Positions 19,310-31,670 are shown, counted from the first letter of the stretch. The stretch is DNA of 64,000 nt from Alphaproteobacteria bacterium (GCA_965248835.1 CBDFLJ010000001.1:2016001-2080000), one strand, 5' to 3'. Numbers and translations: made by a program. The notes: a model not told the origin generated them from the sequence alone.

Positions 19310-19621
19310 TCACGGCCAGACCTGAAGATAGCCGAAGCCCTCTCGCGCGGACGTGGTGCCGAAATGGGCGTCGTACTCCCCGCGCAGGGTCTTCAGGTGG
19401 TCGGAGTCCATGAAGGCCTCGAAGATCTCCTGGCTCGCGAACTCGTAGACGGCGACATATTGCCACTTCTCATCGCCCATGATGCGCTTGTAGCGCCGGG
19501 CGCTGACCGCGCCGTTATATTGCAGCAATTGCGCGGCGTGTTCGTTGTTGTACCAGTCGTTGAAGGCCTCTTCCTGGTCGGCTTCGATGGTCGCCTTGAC
19601 GACGAAGACGGCGATCGCCAT
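19310..19621 (-). CDS. DUF4286/EthD-like dimeric alpha-beta barrel protein
   Basis: EEAFNDWYNNEH..., SARRY and Y.AVYEF. Confidence 0.7.
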   Translation of the reverse strand: MAIAVFVVKATIEADQEEAFNDWYNNEHAAQLLQYNGAVSARRYKRIMGDEKWQYVAVYEFASQEIFEAFMDSDHLKTLRGEYDAHFGTTSAREGFGYLQVWP

Positions 19622-19642
19622 GGGGGGGCTCCCTGGTTGGTC

Positions 19643-20854
19643 TCACGCTGCCCCACCGGCGAGCCGGGCCAGCGGGCGGTCGGGGATCGGCAGGTGAATC
19701 AGCGTGGCGGCGAACCCCGCGAGGATGGCAAAGGTCCAGATCGGGTCGTACGAGCCGGTCAGGTCGAACGACCTGCCGCCCAGCCAGACGCCGAGGAAGC
19801 TGCCGGTCTGGTGGCTCAGGAAGGCAACGGCGGCGAGCGTCGCCATGTAGCGCGGCCCGAAGATATGGGCGATCAGGCCCATGGTCAGGGGCACCGTGCT
19901 GAGCCACAACAGACCCATCGCCGCAGCGAAGACGATCACGCTGGTTTCCGACAGCGGCGCCGAGAGGAAGGCCAGCATCACCAGGCTCCTGATGGCGTAG
20001 ATGCCGCTCAGCAGGAATTTCACCCTGTAGCGGTCGCCCAGGCGTCCGGCGATCAGCGTACCGAACAGGTTGAACAGCCCGATGGTCGCGATTGCCGCCG
20101 CGCCGAGCCCCACGGGAAGACCGCCGTCGGTCAGATAGGCCGGGAGGTGGGTGGCGATGAACTGGACCTGGAGCCCGCAGACGAAATAGCCGCTGACCAG
20201 CATCACATAGCCGCGGTGGCCGGCAGCCTCGCGCAGCGCCTCGCCGAGGCTCTGCTGGGTCGTCTTGGCGAGCGCGGACGCGGTGCCGGCCCTCAGCGAC
20301 AGCGCCACCGGAACGGCGAGGAACATGGCAACCGCCATCGCCATAAACGCGCCGCGCCAGTCGAAGGCCGTGATCATCACCTGGGCGGCCGGGACGAAGA
20401 CGAACTGGCCCATCGTGCCGCCGGCGGCGGTGATCCCGAGCCAGGTCGTGCGCCGGTCATCGGGCGCGATCCGCCCGATCGTGGCGATCATCAGGCTGAG
20501 CCCGCACGCGCTCATCCCGATGCCCATCAGGAACCCCGTCCCCAGCAGGAACTCGGTCTGGGTCGAGATTTGCGAGGACATGGCGAGGCCCACCGCACCC
20601 ACGAAAGCCCCGGCGGCGATGACCCGGATGGGCCCCCATCGGTCGGCGATCATCGCGACCACGGGCGCTGCAAGGCCGATCACCAGGCTTTGCGTGGCGA
20701 TCGCGATCGAGATCGACTCGCGGCCCCAACCCAGATCGATGCTGACCGGCCGGACGAACAATCCGAACGACTGGCGGATGCCGGCCGTGACCAGCAGGAT
20801 GCAGGTCGCGCCGAACAGGACGAAGACCGGTGTCCGCCAGAACGCTCCAACCAC
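19643..20854 (-). CDS. MFS transporter
   Basis: About 12 TM segments; GIRQSFGLF, ADRWG and GDRY loop motifs; HQ.GSFLG.WLGG. Confidence 0.9.
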   Translation of the reverse strand: MVGAFWRTPVFVLFGATCILLVTAGIRQSFGLFVRPVSIDLGWGRESISIAIATQSLVIGLAAPVVAMIADRWGPIRVIAAGAFVGAVGLAMSSQISTQTEFLLGTGFLMGIGMSACGLSLMIATIGRIAPDDRRTTWLGITAAGGTMGQFVFVPAAQVMITAFDWRGAFMAMAVAMFLAVPVALSLRAGTASALAKTTQQSLGEALREAAGHRGYVMLVSGYFVCGLQVQFIATHLPAYLTDGGLPVGLGAAAIATIGLFNLFGTLIAGRLGDRYRVKFLLSGIYAIRSLVMLAFLSAPLSETSVIVFAAAMGLLWLSTVPLTMGLIAHIFGPRYMATLAAVAFLSHQTGSFLGVWLGGRSFDLTGSYDPIWTFAILAGFAATLIHLPIPDRPLARLAGGAA

Positions 20855-21007
20855 GACAGGATCTCCGAATCGGGTTTTCTACGCCACTCTATACAAGCCG
20901 GCCGATCTGCGCTTGACTTCATGGACGGCTGGGAGAAGGACGGGGCCCGACAAGGCGCCTGCCCTCCTCACCGCGCAGAGCCGATCCGCTCAAACCGGGA
21001 GAGACCG

Positions 21008-22129
21008 ATGGCCAAGCCCCGTATCGTCGATGCCGACGGCCATGTCTTCGAGGACACGGCCGCGATGGGCAAGCGCATGCCCAGGGTGTACCGCGACTGG
21101 AAATACGCCCACGGGATCTTCGCCAACCAGCCATGGTTCCCGCCGCTCGGCCATCTGCACACCCCGACCGGCACCAACCCGCCCGGTGCCTTCGGCGACG
21201 GCAAGCCGGTGGGCGTCGAGGCGTGGATGGCCTTCATCGAGGCCACCGGTATCGACAGCGCGGTGCTGTTCCCGACCAACGGGCTGACCATGGGCCACAT
21301 CGCCAACGCCGACTACGCGATCGCGGTCGCCAGGGCCTACAATGACTGGTTGGCCGAGACCTATGTCGACCGCTCCGAGGTGTTCAAGGGCATGGGGCTG
21401 ATCGCCCAGCAGGAGCCCGAAGCGGCGGTCGAGGAGCTCAGGCGCTGCATCGTCGAGCTCAAGATGACCGGCGTCATGCTCGCCGGCACCGGGATCAAGG
21501 GCAATCTCGGCTCCAAGGAGTACTGGCCGATCTATGCCGAGGCCGAGCGGCTGGGCTGCCCGCTGGCGGTCCATGCCGGCAACCATATCAATCTGGGCAT
21601 GGACGCGATGAATGTCTTCGCGCCGGCGCATGCGATCGGCCATCCGCTGGCGATGATGATCGGCCTGGGCGGGCTGGTGTTCAACGGCGTATTCGACAAG
21701 TTCCCGGCCCTCAGGTTCGGCTTCCTCGAGGGCGGCGTGGCGTGGCTGCTGTTCTGCATCGAGCGTTTCGATTCGAGCCACGAGAACTTCAAGCCGCTCG
21801 ACTGGCGCGGTGACCTGCTCAAGCTCGCGAACGGCCAGTCGGTCGGGGACTACGTGCTGGGGCTGATCGACGGGGGCCGGATCTTCGTCGGCGCGGAGGG
21901 CGACGAGTTCATGCTGGCCGCGGCGATCAAGGCCGTCGGCAACGCGCCCTTCATGTTCTCCTCGGACTTCCCCCACGAGGTCAACATCGAGAAGTGCCTG
22001 CACCATCTCGAGGAAATCTTCGAGAACGCGGAGCTGAGCGATGACGACCGCGACGCGATCCTGCACGCCAACGCCGAGCGGTTCTACGCCACAAGGCCGG
22101 CCGCCGCGGGCCAGGCCGCGGCGGAGTAG
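21008..22129 (+). CDS. Amidohydrolase_2 family metal-dependent hydrolase/decarboxylase
   Basis: IVDADGH, ARAYNDWL, LAVH, FDKFPALR..FLEGG and FSSDFPHE. Confidence 0.88.
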   Translation: MAKPRIVDADGHVFEDTAAMGKRMPRVYRDWKYAHGIFANQPWFPPLGHLHTPTGTNPPGAFGDGKPVGVEAWMAFIEATGIDSAVLFPTNGLTMGHIANADYAIAVARAYNDWLAETYVDRSEVFKGMGLIAQQEPEAAVEELRRCIVELKMTGVMLAGTGIKGNLGSKEYWPIYAEAERLGCPLAVHAGNHINLGMDAMNVFAPAHAIGHPLAMMIGLGGLVFNGVFDKFPALRFGFLEGGVAWLLFCIERFDSSHENFKPLDWRGDLLKLANGQSVGDYVLGLIDGGRIFVGAEGDEFMLAAAIKAVGNAPFMFSSDFPHEVNIEKCLHHLEEIFENAELSDDDRDAILHANAERFYATRPAAAGQAAAE

Positions 22130-22169
22130 GCGACTGGGCGAGCAGGGCGGGGCGACGGAACGGGCATGG

Positions 22170-22227
22170 ATCGTCGATAGCAGCAGCCATGTCTTCGAAG
22201 ATACCCGAGTGATGGCCAGGCATGCCG
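22170..22227 (+). pseudogene. Degenerate 5' relic of a paralogous amidohydrolase
   Basis: IVDSSSHVFEDTRVMARH versus IVDADGHVFEDTAAMGKR at 21023; the DNA similarity is also visible (ATCGTCGAT...CCATGTCTTCGA). Confidence 0.6.
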
Positions 22228-22524
22228 CAAGCCTACGGCGGTCGGGTCTATCCGGGCAGGTGGCTGATGCCGATGCAGGAGCTGGCGGCGGCGTGGTCTC
22301 TTGGACCAGTTGGACGCCAAACGTCGAGGTTCGATCGCCACACGGGCCGATTTTGGAATCGTGAAACGGCAAAGCCGTTCCGACCGTGATTTCCTCGTTC
22401 GGACGATTGAATATACCCTGAATGCCCCATTCCGATTTCGCACGATCCCAGATGTATAACAAAATTACAGGGTTATAAAACAATCTTGATATAATTTGAA
22501 AATTTTGGTAGAAAGCTTCTTACG

Positions 22525-23703
22525 ATGGACCCTGTATGCAACCCATTTGCGCCAGGCGCGGGCTCTCAACCTCCTGAGTTGGCAGGCCGTGACGAGATAA
22601 TCAGCGATGCTGAGATTGCCTTAAAGCGAGTCTTGGAGGGAAGGCATCACACCTCTCAAATCCTGTTGGGGCTTCGCGGAACCGGTAAGACAGTCCTACT
22701 AAATAGAATCGAGCAAATGGCTGAATCATTGGGCCATGAAACCTCATTTATCGAAGCGCCGGAGGACAAATCACTCGCCGATTTGCTCTACCCTAGGATC
22801 GCTCGATCTCTGCGTAGATTATCGACGATCGAGAACGCCAGAACCGCTGTACATTCCGCGATGCGGGCCTTGCGTGGATTTGCCAGCGCGTTTCGGATCT
22901 CGGTCGGCGATGTCGCGATTTCCGTGGATCCGGAACCAGGTGCCGCGGACAGCGGAAACTTGGAGTATGACTTGAGCGAGCTATTCGATCGCATCGGTCT
23001 GGCCGCCAAATCGGCAAACAAAGCATGGACGCTGTTGATCGATGAGGTCCAATACCTAGCGGAGGAAGATCTCTCTGCGCTGATTGTCTCAATACATCGG
23101 GTCAATCAACGTCAATTACCAATTATATTTTTTGGTGCGGGCTTGCCGCAGACTGCTGCTCTATCAGGCAATGCTAAATCTTATGCGGAGAGACTATTCA
23201 GCTATCCTCCCGTCGGCCCTCTAGATAATTCCGCTGCTATTTCTGCCATTAGACAGCCGATTATAAGCCAAGGTGAGAATATAACGGATGAGGCTCTCGA
23301 ATTGATTTTTGAAAAAACTGAAAACTATCCATATTTTCTCCAAGAATGGGGATATCAAGCATGGAACATTGCCGATGCGTCGCCGATCGATGCGAGAGAC
23401 ATTCACGGCGCGTCTTCGGCAGCACTTCGCCGGCTCGATGAAGGTTTCTTCCGTGTTCGCTTTGATCGACTTACGCCGAAGGAACGCGAGTACGTGATCG
23501 CAATGGCGAATCTCGGAAGCGGGCCCTATAGATCGTCGGATGTCGCTGATGCCCTCGGCGAACGCCTCCAATCTCTGGGCCCGCGTCGGGCGAAGATCAT
23601 CAACAAAGGCATGATATACAGCCCAGCCTATGGCGACGTTACATTCACCGTTCCAATGTTCGACGACTACCTAAGGCGCACCACAGATGCTTCCGCCGCG
23701 TAG
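22525..23703 (+). CDS. Stand-alone P-loop ATPase (AAA_16/archaeal-ATPase-like) with probable C-terminal winged helix; AT-richer insertion
   Basis: NPF.PGAG..P..LAGR, Walker A GLRGTGKT, Walker B LLIDE.Q, YPYFLQ and FTVPMF. Codon usage is visibly unlike the flanks. Confidence 0.85.
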   Translation: MDPVCNPFAPGAGSQPPELAGRDEIISDAEIALKRVLEGRHHTSQILLGLRGTGKTVLLNRIEQMAESLGHETSFIEAPEDKSLADLLYPRIARSLRRLSTIENARTAVHSAMRALRGFASAFRISVGDVAISVDPEPGAADSGNLEYDLSELFDRIGLAAKSANKAWTLLIDEVQYLAEEDLSALIVSIHRVNQRQLPIIFFGAGLPQTAALSGNAKSYAERLFSYPPVGPLDNSAAISAIRQPIISQGENITDEALELIFEKTENYPYFLQEWGYQAWNIADASPIDARDIHGASSAALRRLDEGFFRVRFDRLTPKEREYVIAMANLGSGPYRSSDVADALGERLQSLGPRRAKIINKGMIYSPAYGDVTFTVPMFDDYLRRTTDASAA

Positions 23704-23826
23704 AGCGAAACCGACTCAGACGGCGTGGGCGGGCCTCGAGCCCAGGCAACGAGAGCTGACGCAGCACGTCCCCGTCACGGAAGCGAAACCACTAATGATC
23801 TGCAGCCACGGCGACACTCGCGCGCG

Positions 23827-24633
23827 TTACAACCCCAGCACGTCGGCCATCGTGTAGACCCCGGGGGCGCGGCCGGGCGTCCACAGCGCGGCATGGACTG
23901 CGCCGCGCGAGAAGATGCGCCGCGAGGACGCCTTGTGGGTGAGTTCCAGCCGCTCGCCCTCGATCGCGAAGACCACCGAATGATCACCCACCACGTCGCC
24001 GCCTCGCAGCACCGCGAAGCCGATGTCGCCCTGATTGCGCGCGCCGGTATGGCCGTGGCGCGTCATCTGGGAAACCGTGTCGAGATCGACCCCGCGCCCG
24101 GCGGCCGCCGCCCGGCCGAGCCCGAGCGCGGTGCCCGATGGCGCATCGACCTTGTGCTTGTGGTGCATTTCGACGATCTCGATGTCGAAACGGTCATCGA
24201 GCAGGGAAGCGACCTGTCTGGTCAGCGCGAACAGGATATTGACGGCAAGGCTCATGTTGGGAGCAACGACGATCGGCGCGGTCTTGCCCGCCTCGGCGAT
24301 CGCGGCCTCGTGCTCGGCGCTGAAGCCGGTGGTGCCGATGACGTGCGCGGTCCGCGCTTGCGCGGCCAGCGCGGCATGGCGCGCTGTCGCCTCGGGCAGG
24401 GCGAACTCGATGACCACCGCGGCGCGCTCGAAGACCGCCGCCGGGTCGGCGCCGATGCTCACCCCTACCGTGCCCAGCCCCGCGACCTCGCCCACGTCGC
24501 GGCCGATCGCCGGATGGCCCGGCCCCTCGGCGGCCGCGGCGATCACGCATCCGTCGGTCTCGAAAATCTCCCGGGCGACGGTCGTTCCCATCCGCCCGCC
24601 GGCCCCGATCACCCCGATCGCCAAATCCGCCAT
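23827..24633 (-). CDS. dapB: 4-hydroxy-tetrahydrodipicolinate reductase
   Basis: GAGGRMG, VIGTTG and EMHHKHKVDAPSGTA. Confidence 0.97.
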   Translation of the reverse strand: MADLAIGVIGAGGRMGTTVAREIFETDGCVIAAAAEGPGHPAIGRDVGEVAGLGTVGVSIGADPAAVFERAAVVIEFALPEATARHAALAAQARTAHVIGTTGFSAEHEAAIAEAGKTAPIVVAPNMSLAVNILFALTRQVASLLDDRFDIEIVEMHHKHKVDAPSGTALGLGRAAAAGRGVDLDTVSQMTRHGHTGARNQGDIGFAVLRGGDVVGDHSVVFAIEGERLELTHKASSRRIFSRGAVHAALWTPGRAPGVYTMADVLGL

Positions 24634-24686
24634 CGCCTGCCTCTCTCGCCCCGAAGTCTGTTCCAATCCGATCGGGTCAGCCCGGC

Positions 24687-25835
24687 TCAGTCGGTGAGGT
24701 CTTCCCAGAGCTCCTTCACCTTAGTGAAGAAGCCTTCGGACTCCGGGCTGGTCGAGCGGGCCTCGCCGGTGCCGCCCGGGGCCTCGAACTCGCGCAGCAG
24801 CGCCTGCTGGCGCTTGTTCAGGTTGACCGGCGTCTCGACCTGGATCTCGATGACCATGTCACCACGGCCGCGGCCGTGCAGCCCGGTCATGCCCTTGCCG
24901 CGCAGCCGGAACTGGCGCGCCGACTGGGTGCCGGCCGGAATCGTCACCTTGGCCAGCGTGCCGTCGATCGTCGGCACCTCGACCGTGCCGCCGAGCGCGG
25001 CGGTGGTCATCGGGATCGGCACACGGCAGAACAGCGTCATTGCCTCGCGCTCGAACAGCGCGTGCGAGGCGATGCTGACGAAGATGTAGAGATCGCCGGT
25101 CGAGGCCCCGTTGAGCCCGGCTTCGCCTTCGCCGGCAAGCCGGATTCGGGTGCCGTCCTCCACGCCCCGCGGGATGGTGACCGCCAGCGTCTTTTCGCGC
25201 CGCACGCGGCCTGAGCCGGTGCACGCCTTGCACGCATCCTCGATCACCTGGCCGACGCCGCCGCAGGTCGGGCAGGTCCTCTCGATGGTGAAGAAGCCCT
25301 GCTGGGCGCGGACCTTGCCGCGGCCCTGGCACATGCCGCAATTGGCCGGCCGGCTGCCCGGCGCGGCGCCGGAGCCGTGGCAGGTGTCGCAGCTCACCGA
25401 GGCCGGGATCCTGATCTTGGTCTCGTGGCCGCGATAGGCCTGCTCGAGCGAGATTTCCATGTTGTAGCGCAGGTCCGCGCCGCGGGCGCCGCCGGTGCCG
25501 CCGCCGCGCCGACCGCCCATGAAATCGCCGAACATCTCGTCGAAGATGTCGGCGAAGCCCGAGCCGAAATCAAACCCGCCGCCCTGGCCGCCCGCGCCCG
25601 GTCCGCCGTTCTCGAACGCCGCATGGCCGAAGCGGTCATAGGCCGCGCGCTTCTGGTCGTCCTTCAGGACGTCATAGGCCTCGCTGATTTCCTTGAACTT
25701 CTGCTCTGCCCCCGCATCACCCTGGTTGCGGTCGGGGTGATACTTCATGGCCAGCTTGCGGTAAGCCTTCTTGACCGTCTCGGCATCGTCGCCCTTGGCG
25801 ACGCCCAACATGTCGTAATAGTCCTGCTTGGCCAT
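24687..25835 (-). CDS. dnaJ: Chaperone DnaJ
   Basis: J-domain HPD, G/F region and four CxxCxGxG repeats. Confidence 0.98.
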   Translation of the reverse strand: MAKQDYYDMLGVAKGDDAETVKKAYRKLAMKYHPDRNQGDAGAEQKFKEISEAYDVLKDDQKRAAYDRFGHAAFENGGPGAGGQGGGFDFGSGFADIFDEMFGDFMGGRRGGGTGGARGADLRYNMEISLEQAYRGHETKIRIPASVSCDTCHGSGAAPGSRPANCGMCQGRGKVRAQQGFFTIERTCPTCGGVGQVIEDACKACTGSGRVRREKTLAVTIPRGVEDGTRIRLAGEGEAGLNGASTGDLYIFVSIASHALFEREAMTLFCRVPIPMTTAALGGTVEVPTIDGTLAKVTIPAGTQSARQFRLRGKGMTGLHGRGRGDMVIEIQVETPVNLNKRQQALLREFEAPGGTGEARSTSPESEGFFTKVKELWEDLTD

Positions 25836-25940
25836 ACTCCCGAACCCTGAATCGACGGCCACTCAGCTCATTGGCAGACGGCCCCGAGAATGCGGCGGCG
25901 CACCATCGAGGCCTGTCCTGAAATCTGCAAGGGAAACGGC

Positions 25941-27884
<1,944 letters not shown>

Positions 27885-27980
27885 TTCAATCCTCACTCAT
27901 TGCGGCGAACGCACGCGGCCCTTTGCGGCGCCGCCCGCGTCCCCTACGGTTAAAGCACGAGAACGTCAATTGCCGGCGAT

Positions 27981-28008
27981 ATATAGGAATGCAGCCCCGG
28001 CGGTACAA
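27981..28008 (-). promoter_or_regulatory. RpoH (sigma-32)-type promoter of dnaK
   Basis: Minus strand reads TTG-N18-CCTATAT, matching the alphaproteobacterial heat-shock promoter pattern. Confidence 0.65.
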
Positions 28009-28047
28009 CCGCAGACCGCCAGTTTACCGGCGTTCGGACAAGATTGC

Positions 28048-28908
28048 ATGATCATATCGGCGAGCTATCGAACCGATATCCCGGCGTTCTACGGCGCGTG
28101 GTTCGAAAACCGCCTGGCGGCCGGATACTGCCTGGTCGCCAACCCCTATGGCGGCAAGCCGTACCGGGTCGGCCTGGAGCGGGATGCCGTCGACGGCCTG
28201 GTCTTCTGGACCCGCAATCCCGGGCCGTTCCTGCCCACGCTCGCCCGCCTTGCGGACACCGGCTATCCGTTCGTGGTCCAGCTTACCGTCACCGGTCACC
28301 CCAGGGTGCTGGAGAGCTCGGTTCCCGAACCGGCCCGCGCAGTCGGGTACGCGCGCCGGATCGCCGGGGATTTCGGCCCGCGGGCGCTGGTCTGGCGCTA
28401 CGACCCGATCATCCAGACCGATTCGAGCCCGCTGGAGAGGCATGGCGAGGCGTTCGCGCGTCTGGCCGATGCGATGGCCGGAAGCACCGACGAGGTCGTG
28501 GTCTCGTTTGCGAGCCTCTACCGGAAGACGGTTCGCAACCTGGTACGGGCCGGCATCGCCTATGCCGACCCGCCGGTCGAGGCCAAGAAGTCGCTGCTTG
28601 CCGATCTGGCCCGGATGGCCGCCGAACGCGGCATCGCGCTCGCCGTCTGCAGCCAGCCCGACCTCGCCGTCCCGGGCACCCGGCCGGCGCGTTGCGTCGA
28701 CGCCGATCGGCTCGCCGAGATCGCCGGTCGGCCGATCGCGGCCCCCGAGAAGGGCAACCGGCCGGATTGCGCCTGTCACCGATCCAGGGACATCGGGGCC
28801 TACGACACCTGCCCGCATGGCTGCGTGTACTGCTACGCGGTCGCGAGCCGCGCCAAGGCCCGTGCGCGGCATGCCGGCCACGATCCCGACAGCGAATTTC
28901 TGATCTAG
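28048..28908 (+). CDS. DUF1848 family protein
   Basis: MIISASYRTDIPAFY, VFWTRN, WRYDPI and C-terminal DIG.YDTCPHGCVYCYA. Confidence 0.88.
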   Translation: MIISASYRTDIPAFYGAWFENRLAAGYCLVANPYGGKPYRVGLERDAVDGLVFWTRNPGPFLPTLARLADTGYPFVVQLTVTGHPRVLESSVPEPARAVGYARRIAGDFGPRALVWRYDPIIQTDSSPLERHGEAFARLADAMAGSTDEVVVSFASLYRKTVRNLVRAGIAYADPPVEAKKSLLADLARMAAERGIALAVCSQPDLAVPGTRPARCVDADRLAEIAGRPIAAPEKGNRPDCACHRSRDIGAYDTCPHGCVYCYAVASRAKARARHAGHDPDSEFLI

Positions 28909-30452
28909 GAGTCGTCTCCCCGCTTGAACCCGCCTTGCACGATGCGGTCGATGATCATGGCGCAGAAGAGAATGGCGAGGCCGGCCAGAAGGCCTTGACC
29001 CTTGGCCGCGTATTGCAGGGCGACGAGGACGTCGCTGCCGAGGCCCTCGGCGCCGATCAGCGATGCGATCACCACCATCGACAGACACATCAGGATGGTC
29101 TGGTTGACCCCGGTCATGATCGACGGCAAGGCCAGCGGCAGTTCGACGTCGAACAGCAGCTTTCGTTTCCGGCAGCCGAAGGCCAGGGCCGCCTCCTTGA
29201 TCGATCCTGGAACCCCCCTGATGCCGAGTGGCGTCAGCCGCACCACCGGGGGCATCCCGAAGACGATGGTTGCCAAGATCCCCGGCGGCTTGCCGGTGCC
29301 GAAAAACGCGATCACCGGAATCAGATAGACGAACGACGGCATGGTCTGCATGAAGTCGAGGATCGGCCGCGCGATGGCATAGACGGTCCGACTCTTGGCG
29401 CACCACACGCCCAAGGGAAGCCCCATGACGACACACAGGACCGCCGCCGTTCCCGGCAGCGCCACCGTCGCCATCGACTTCTCCCAGTAGCCCATGAAGG
29501 CCAGATAGGCCAGAGCCGCCACCGTAAAGACCGCCACGCGCGGGCCGGCCAGACGCCATGCCAGAACCACGATCACCAGCATGGTCACCGGCCAGGGCGT
29601 ACCGACCAAAATCGCCTCCAAACCGTCGAGAAGCCCTCGAATCGCCGCGTTAATGCCGTCGAAAACACCGGCTCCCTTGACCGCGATAAGGTCGAACTGC
29701 GCATCGAGCCAGGTCGACGTCCTGTTGTATATGCCCTTGTCCGCGGGAAAGACGGTGATGAAATCCGCCGGCTTGGAAACGGTGAAACGATAAAGCGTCA
29801 GCGGATACATGATCAGGATCATCGCAATTCCGAATATTGTCTCCCGCCTCCGGATACCGCCGCCCTCGGCGGGAGCGATCCGCCAGCGCCCGTACTTCTT
29901 CTCATGGGCCGGGTTGGCCAGAAACCCTTGTGCCAGCATGGCTGCCGCAACCAGGACAAGCCCGATGATCAGAAGCGTCGTTGCTCCCGCGGCTGCCTGT
30001 TCGGCGGCGGCCAGCGCCTTCGCGGCCGCCTTCTGCAGGTTCTCCGCATTGTGCATCAAGAACTCCGCGTTCGACGCGCCCGTCTCGATGGCCGCCTGCG
30101 CCCTAGCCGCCATCTCCATGGATTTGGTGTGCAAACGCTCGGCCCGCGCCAGCTTGTCCGCTCCCAAGTCGCCCCATAGACCCCGGCCCAATTGCACCAG
30201 CGCAAAGAGATCGATGATCAAGAAAGTCCAGAAGAACCCCCACACGCCTCGGGACGCCGCCCACACCGGCCCCATCAAGGCCGCCGCTCGATTGAACGAC
30301 CAGGCGAACCCACCGGCGCTCTGGATCTTCACGAACTCGGACGCATAGTAGTCGCCGTTCCGCTCGGCAAAGGTCCTTATCGAGTCGATCAGCGCCGCCG
30401 AGGACGGGTCCGCTCCGCCCATCGCTGCCGCGGCTTCCGTCGTGGCCGCCAT
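28905..30452 (-). CDS. Glycine betaine/proline-type ABC permease (ProW-like) with long N-terminal extension
   Basis: PILDFMQTMPSFVYLIP, EAA.AFG, GVNQTI...LSMVVIAS.IGA.GLG. Confidence 0.9.
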   Translation of the reverse strand: MAATTEAAAAMGGADPSSAALIDSIRTFAERNGDYYASEFVKIQSAGGFAWSFNRAAALMGPVWAASRGVWGFFWTFLIIDLFALVQLGRGLWGDLGADKLARAERLHTKSMEMAARAQAAIETGASNAEFLMHNAENLQKAAAKALAAAEQAAAGATTLLIIGLVLVAAAMLAQGFLANPAHEKKYGRWRIAPAEGGGIRRRETIFGIAMILIMYPLTLYRFTVSKPADFITVFPADKGIYNRTSTWLDAQFDLIAVKGAGVFDGINAAIRGLLDGLEAILVGTPWPVTMLVIVVLAWRLAGPRVAVFTVAALAYLAFMGYWEKSMATVALPGTAAVLCVVMGLPLGVWCAKSRTVYAIARPILDFMQTMPSFVYLIPVIAFFGTGKPPGILATIVFGMPPVVRLTPLGIRGVPGSIKEAALAFGCRKRKLLFDVELPLALPSIMTGVNQTILMCLSMVVIASLIGAEGLGSDVLVALQYAAKGQGLLAGLAILFCAMIIDRIVQGGFKRGDDS

Positions 30453-31514
30453 CTACTTGCCTCCCTGAATGCCCTGCAGCAATCGCGACTTGGTCACGAT
30501 CCCGATGTCGTTGTTCTCTTGATCGGTAATGACGATCGGCAATTCGGTCGTCACCGAGATGTCGATCAAATGATCCAGGTCGACGTTCTCCCCGGCGCGG
30601 GGCGCCCGGCTCAGATCCTCTCCCGGTGCCGGCGCGTAGCCGTCGATCGGTTCCATCACCGAACGGGCAGAGACGAGCTTGAGCTTCGAGATGTCCCGAA
30701 CAAAATCGGCGACATAGGCGTCCGCCGGGTTGAGCACGATTTCCTCTGGCGTACCGGTCGGGACGATCCGGCCGTCCTTCATGATGGCGATGCGGTCGCC
30801 GAGGCGGATCGCCTCGTCGAGATCATGGGTGATGAAAAGTGTCGTTTTGTGGAGGGTCTTGGCGAGCTCCAGGAATTGCTGTTGCAACTGCCGGCGAATC
30901 AAGGGATCGAGTGCCGAGAACGGCTCGTCCATCAACAGCACCGACGGGTCGCTGGCCAACACCCGGGCCAAGCCGACGCGCTGCTGCATGCCGCCCGAAA
31001 GCTCGTTCGGCAGCCGGTCCTGGAAGCCGTCGAGCTTGACCAGGGAGAGAGCCTGCCGGGATATTTCCCAGCGGCGGAACTTGGGCTCGCCGCGCACTTC
31101 CAGCGGAAAGGCGACATTGTCGCGAACCGACCGATGCGGCATCAGCGCTATGTGCTGGAACACCATGCCGATGTCCTTGGCTCGGAAGGCCCGGAGCTGC
31201 GCCTCGCCCATCGCCGAGACGTCGTTGCCGAGGACATGGATCGAGCCCGCCGTCGGTTCGATAAGGCGATTCAGGTGGCGCACCAGGGTCGACTTGCCGC
31301 TGCCGGACAAACCCATGATGCAGAAGATTTCGCCGCGGCGAACCGAGAAGGACACGTCGGCGATCCCGACGACACAGCCGAAACGCTCCAGGACTTCGGT
31401 CTTGTCCAGCCCTTCGCGCACGATCGCCGCCATGGCGTCTTCGGCCTTCGCGCCGAAGATTTTCCAAACGCCGTCGAGCTTGATGACCTCGTCCGCATCG
31501 ACCCGCATACCCAC
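30453..31514 (-). CDS. Glycine betaine/proline-type ABC ATPase (ProV-like)
   Basis: GLSGSGKST, LSGGMQQRVGLAR, LMDEPFSALDP, ITHDLDEA and a C-terminal CBS-like region. Confidence 0.93.
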   Translation of the reverse strand: MGMRVDADEVIKLDGVWKIFGAKAEDAMAAIVREGLDKTEVLERFGCVVGIADVSFSVRRGEIFCIMGLSGSGKSTLVRHLNRLIEPTAGSIHVLGNDVSAMGEAQLRAFRAKDIGMVFQHIALMPHRSVRDNVAFPLEVRGEPKFRRWEISRQALSLVKLDGFQDRLPNELSGGMQQRVGLARVLASDPSVLLMDEPFSALDPLIRRQLQQQFLELAKTLHKTTLFITHDLDEAIRLGDRIAIMKDGRIVPTGTPEEIVLNPADAYVADFVRDISKLKLVSARSVMEPIDGYAPAPGEDLSRAPRAGENVDLDHLIDISVTTELPIVITDQENNDIGIVTKSRLLQGIQGGK

Positions 31515-31670
31515 GGCAGCTTACCCTCCGGACCGAACGCGCACCCGCGCCATCGCCATCGCCGATTCGGGCCGCCCGGAGGCGCCTTCCGGCAACGAGA
31601 CCGCCGGTTCCAGGGCAAGCCGAGTGGGCATGCGCGCGGCCTCGGGGACCTCTCGAAATCCCGGCGGCGT

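Noticed and set aside
19076-22129. 1017-aa ORF read as a single fusion protein
   Set aside because: Only the part from ATG 21008 is an amidohydrolase; the upstream part is antisense to the MFS and DUF4286 genes.
27885-28047. CIRCE element expected near hrcA/dnaK
   Set aside because: No TTAGCACTC-N9-GAGTGCTAA was seen upstream of dnaK or hrcA; only RpoH-like promoters were found.
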